Part shown: positions 61,401 through 64,000 of the stretch, piece after piece
Numbering within the stretch: position 1 is the first letter of the stretch
Layout: every line of letters begins with the position of its first letter
Assembly (NCBI GenBank): GCA_020891255.1
Contig: BQFW01000014.1
Location: 1,426,001 to 1,490,000, forward strand
DNA: 64,000 bases
Direction: 5' to 3'
DNA from: Entomortierella parvispora E1425
Lineage: Eukaryota > Fungi > Mortierellomycota
Notes under the pieces: generated by a model
What the model was told of the DNA's origin: nothing
The model's input: the letters and a program-made list of their open reading frames with translations, nothing else
Database searches by the model: none
Translations under genes and position numbers: made by a program

Positions 61401-62571
61401 ACACGATGCACTCCTTGACGTGCAATCGGCGCATTCGCAGTGTTGTGCATCCCTTACAACGGCATTGCAGGATCGAGAGAGCAGCCTTCAAAAGGTAATG
61501 GGAGATCAAGCCAGCTACCTCGCCAAGATACAAGAGCTTGAGGACATGATTCGAGTACTCAAAGCTCAAGTCGAATTCCTGGAGGCTGAGAATATTGGTA
61601 AAGAGGCCATCATCAAGGCCCTCCAGGACGAATATGAGTACCAAGAGAAGGTGATCAAAGATCTGATCAAGAATGAAGATGCGGCCAAGGATGTCACTCG
61701 GCTAGAAGAGGAGCTGCGGATAATGACTGACCATACACGAAAGACAGACGAGTGGATCCGTCAAGTTCAGGAAGATGTAGAAAAATATCGAGCAGCGTAT
61801 GTCAAAGCGGACCTCGCAAGGGAGGAAACATTGTTGGATATGGCCAAGTTGCATGAAGAGTTGGAAGAGTCAGAACAGGCGCGTCTTCAGGTCGAAAATC
61901 AACTTCAAGTCGAGGTCGGCATTCTGATAAAGAAACACGAGCTCTCGAACGAAGAACTTTCGCGACTCTCGAAGATGACAGCTGACTCTGCACAGAATCA
62001 AGGTCTAAAGCAAAAGGTAAGGGCGAAGTTCGACAACTGCATTCTTTGCCATGCAGCGTTGAGTCCCAAGAGAGAATACTCATTGTTTACTATTTTAATT
62101 GCAAAATAGGCCAAGCAGCTGGCTCAATTGAAGGAGGAGGCAATCGCCCTAAAGAAGAAGAATCTCAGCCTGTCCAATACGCGAGACTCTCTTCGACTCA
62201 AGTGCCTTCAAGTGGAGCGCGAACTTGAGGCCTACAAGGCGGCATCGTGCGTGGCTGCACCTTCTCCAAGGAGCAATAGACAATCCAGGGCATCTTCCGT
62301 CACCTCCGCAAGTTCTGTAATCTTGAGCGGCACATCTTCCTTGAATATCGTCGCCAATTCAAGTCCTGAGTCCTCTCCTGTCCCGGGTGCAAGACTTCAG
62401 CTGCAAGGCCTGGTATCATCTGATGCCTTTGCGCCAACTCAAGTATCACCACCACCACCGCAAAAGATTTCTCCGAAGCCAACATCAAAGGCAACCTCTT
62501 CATCTTCCCGTCCAGTTCTTCAGTCTAGAGCAGCACGCACTGTTCTTGCTATCCAGTCCACAGCTCGATAA
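58462..62571 (+). CDS. Long coiled-coil protein with HMMR/RHAMM-like termini, multi-exon
   Basis: N-terminus MFPRSERF..TPGPNHYDVK..FLGKTKRF, an ~800-aa heptad region, and C-terminal QN..LKQK|..QLKEEAIALKKKN. Confidence 0.65.
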
Positions 62572-62677
62572 AATAAACTCCTCTCCCTGTCATTAAGCCG
62601 CGGCAGCAAACAACAGCAAACAACAACAACCAAAAAAAAAACCGGAAAACCTCTTCTGCACCAAAAGCAAAAGAAAA

Positions 62678-62751
62678 CGCTCCCGGGTGGGCTTGAACCA
62701 CCAACCTCCTGATTAACAGTCAGACGCGCTAACCAATTGCGCCACGGAAGC
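62678..62751 (-). tRNA. tRNA-Asn (GUU), intronless
   Basis: GCTTCCG/CGGGAGC acceptor stem, TGGCGCAATTGG A-box, CTGACT-GTT-AATCAG anticodon arm, GGTTCAAGCC B-box, G discriminator, downstream T-run terminator. Confidence 0.97.
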
Positions 62752-63093
62752 TACCAAGTTGATGTTGTCTTGTGACTTCATCCATTTTTGTGCCTGAGAC
62801 TCGAATCTCATATCACGTGATCACACATAGCAGAGCTTTGTGACTGTTGTTCGCGTGGACCTGCCACTGCCAGTGAGGTTGGAGGCGTGGCCCTGCTTCG
62901 CCATCCCCTTCGTTTCTTCGTTCACTTCATTCCTACTGCCCGTCTCTCGACTCTGTCCAAGGAGCAACCTATTGACCGCACCCACCGACACTGCACCTCA
63001 TCTCTCCCAGTCTCTAACCCCAACGGGTCGCTTCCTCAGGACCATCACCACTCATAAGCAGGAACAAAAAAAAAAGCGAGCTCTATCTCCGCC

Positions 63094-64000
63094 ATGGACG
63101 CCATTAATGCACGAAAGAACTTTGAGTTCATCAACAGCATCAGGTCTGTCAACCCCGAGACCGACAAGATTTTCTTTTATGACGAGGCCGAGCAAAAGCG
63201 TATCCTGAACGAGTCTCCTGCCCCCTGGAAGAAAGAGTGAGTTTTGTTACTAGTTCTTTTTTTTATCTCCGTCGCGCGTCTATTTCGCTTGCATGGGTGT
63301 TGAAGCTGGCGCAGCAGCCGTGTTGAAAAGTTGTCAAAAGACAACTGTTGTGTTTCTGACAGTCTGTCTCCTTTTTTTTCTATCCTCTTTTTTATACGAT
63401 GACAGTCCTCACTACTTTACAGATGTCAAAATCTCGGCTGTTGCCTTGATCAAGATGGTATGAAAAAATGACGCGTCATTGGGTTTACTATCAGTGGACA
63501 GTGCAAGTTCGCCAGTTTGTTTGAATATGTCACTCATCGTAGTTTTTCACTTTGGTTCTCTCTATAGGTGATGCATGCTCGTTCAGGAGGAAGCATCGAA
63601 GTCATGGGAGTGATGCAAGGAAAGATTCAGGGCAACACCATTATTATCATGGACGCCTTTGCGCTCCCTGTCGAAGGAACGGAAACCCGTGTCAATGCTC
63701 AAGCGGAGGGTTACGAATACATGGTCCAGTACATGACAAAGATCAAGGAGGTATGTACATAGAGCGCAGTCAAGGCTTGTATAGTCATCATAATTTGTTT
63801 CTCCTTCCTCTGACCAGTTTATTTCTTTCTAGGTGGGTCGACTTGAGAACGCTATTGGGTGGTACCATTCTCACCCTGGATATGGGTGCTGGCTTTCGGG
63901 TATCGATGTCAATACCCAGATGCAGAACCAGCAGTTCCAGGATCCTTGGGTTGCTGTGGTTGTAAGTTGAATAGTCGTGTCGAAATCTGGTTTAAAATGC
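63094..64000 (+). CDS. CSN5: COP9 signalosome subunit 5 (Csn5/Rri1), 3'-truncated by the window edge
   Basis: [53 protein letters not shown], and JAMM motif [17 protein letters not shown]. Confidence 0.96.

Overview
Gene-dense, intron-rich eukaryotic DNA (GT..AG introns of about 60-250 bp) from an early-diverging fungus. Mortierellaceae-like is my inference from gene content and the low-complexity insertions in the proteins. The window holds about 23 host protein-coding genes, one tRNA-Asn(GUU) and one hAT DNA transposon. Host genes: Ctr copper transporter, a GPI-type Cys/Met protein, PDK/BCKDK kinase, group III G-alpha, Rad14/XPA, Fes1, a Ser/Thr kinase, Hog1, p24, an alpha/beta-hydrolase-phosphatase fusion, an orphan ORF, a Gly-rich surface protein, Rpl11, cyclin T/K, Kic1/Nak1, ABITRAM-like, an RRM protein, M14 carboxypeptidase, Rab, a 7TM receptor, Iws1, EED-like WD40, PRKRIP1, HMMR-like coiled coil and partial Csn5. 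Two things stand out. (1) A head-to-head pair at 1155-4180: a Ctr transporter with a Chlamydomonas-type CxxMxxMxxC ectodomain, and a stand-alone, probably GPI-anchored paralog of that ectodomain. This is a candidate two-part copper-capture system. (2) A 5.4-kb hAT element at 4335-9751 with an exact 8-bp TSD, unusually long near-identical TIRs (~700 bp), a spliced transposase and a second gene that duplicates the transposase's zinc-finger region. All family calls come from motif recognition by eye; no database searches were run.
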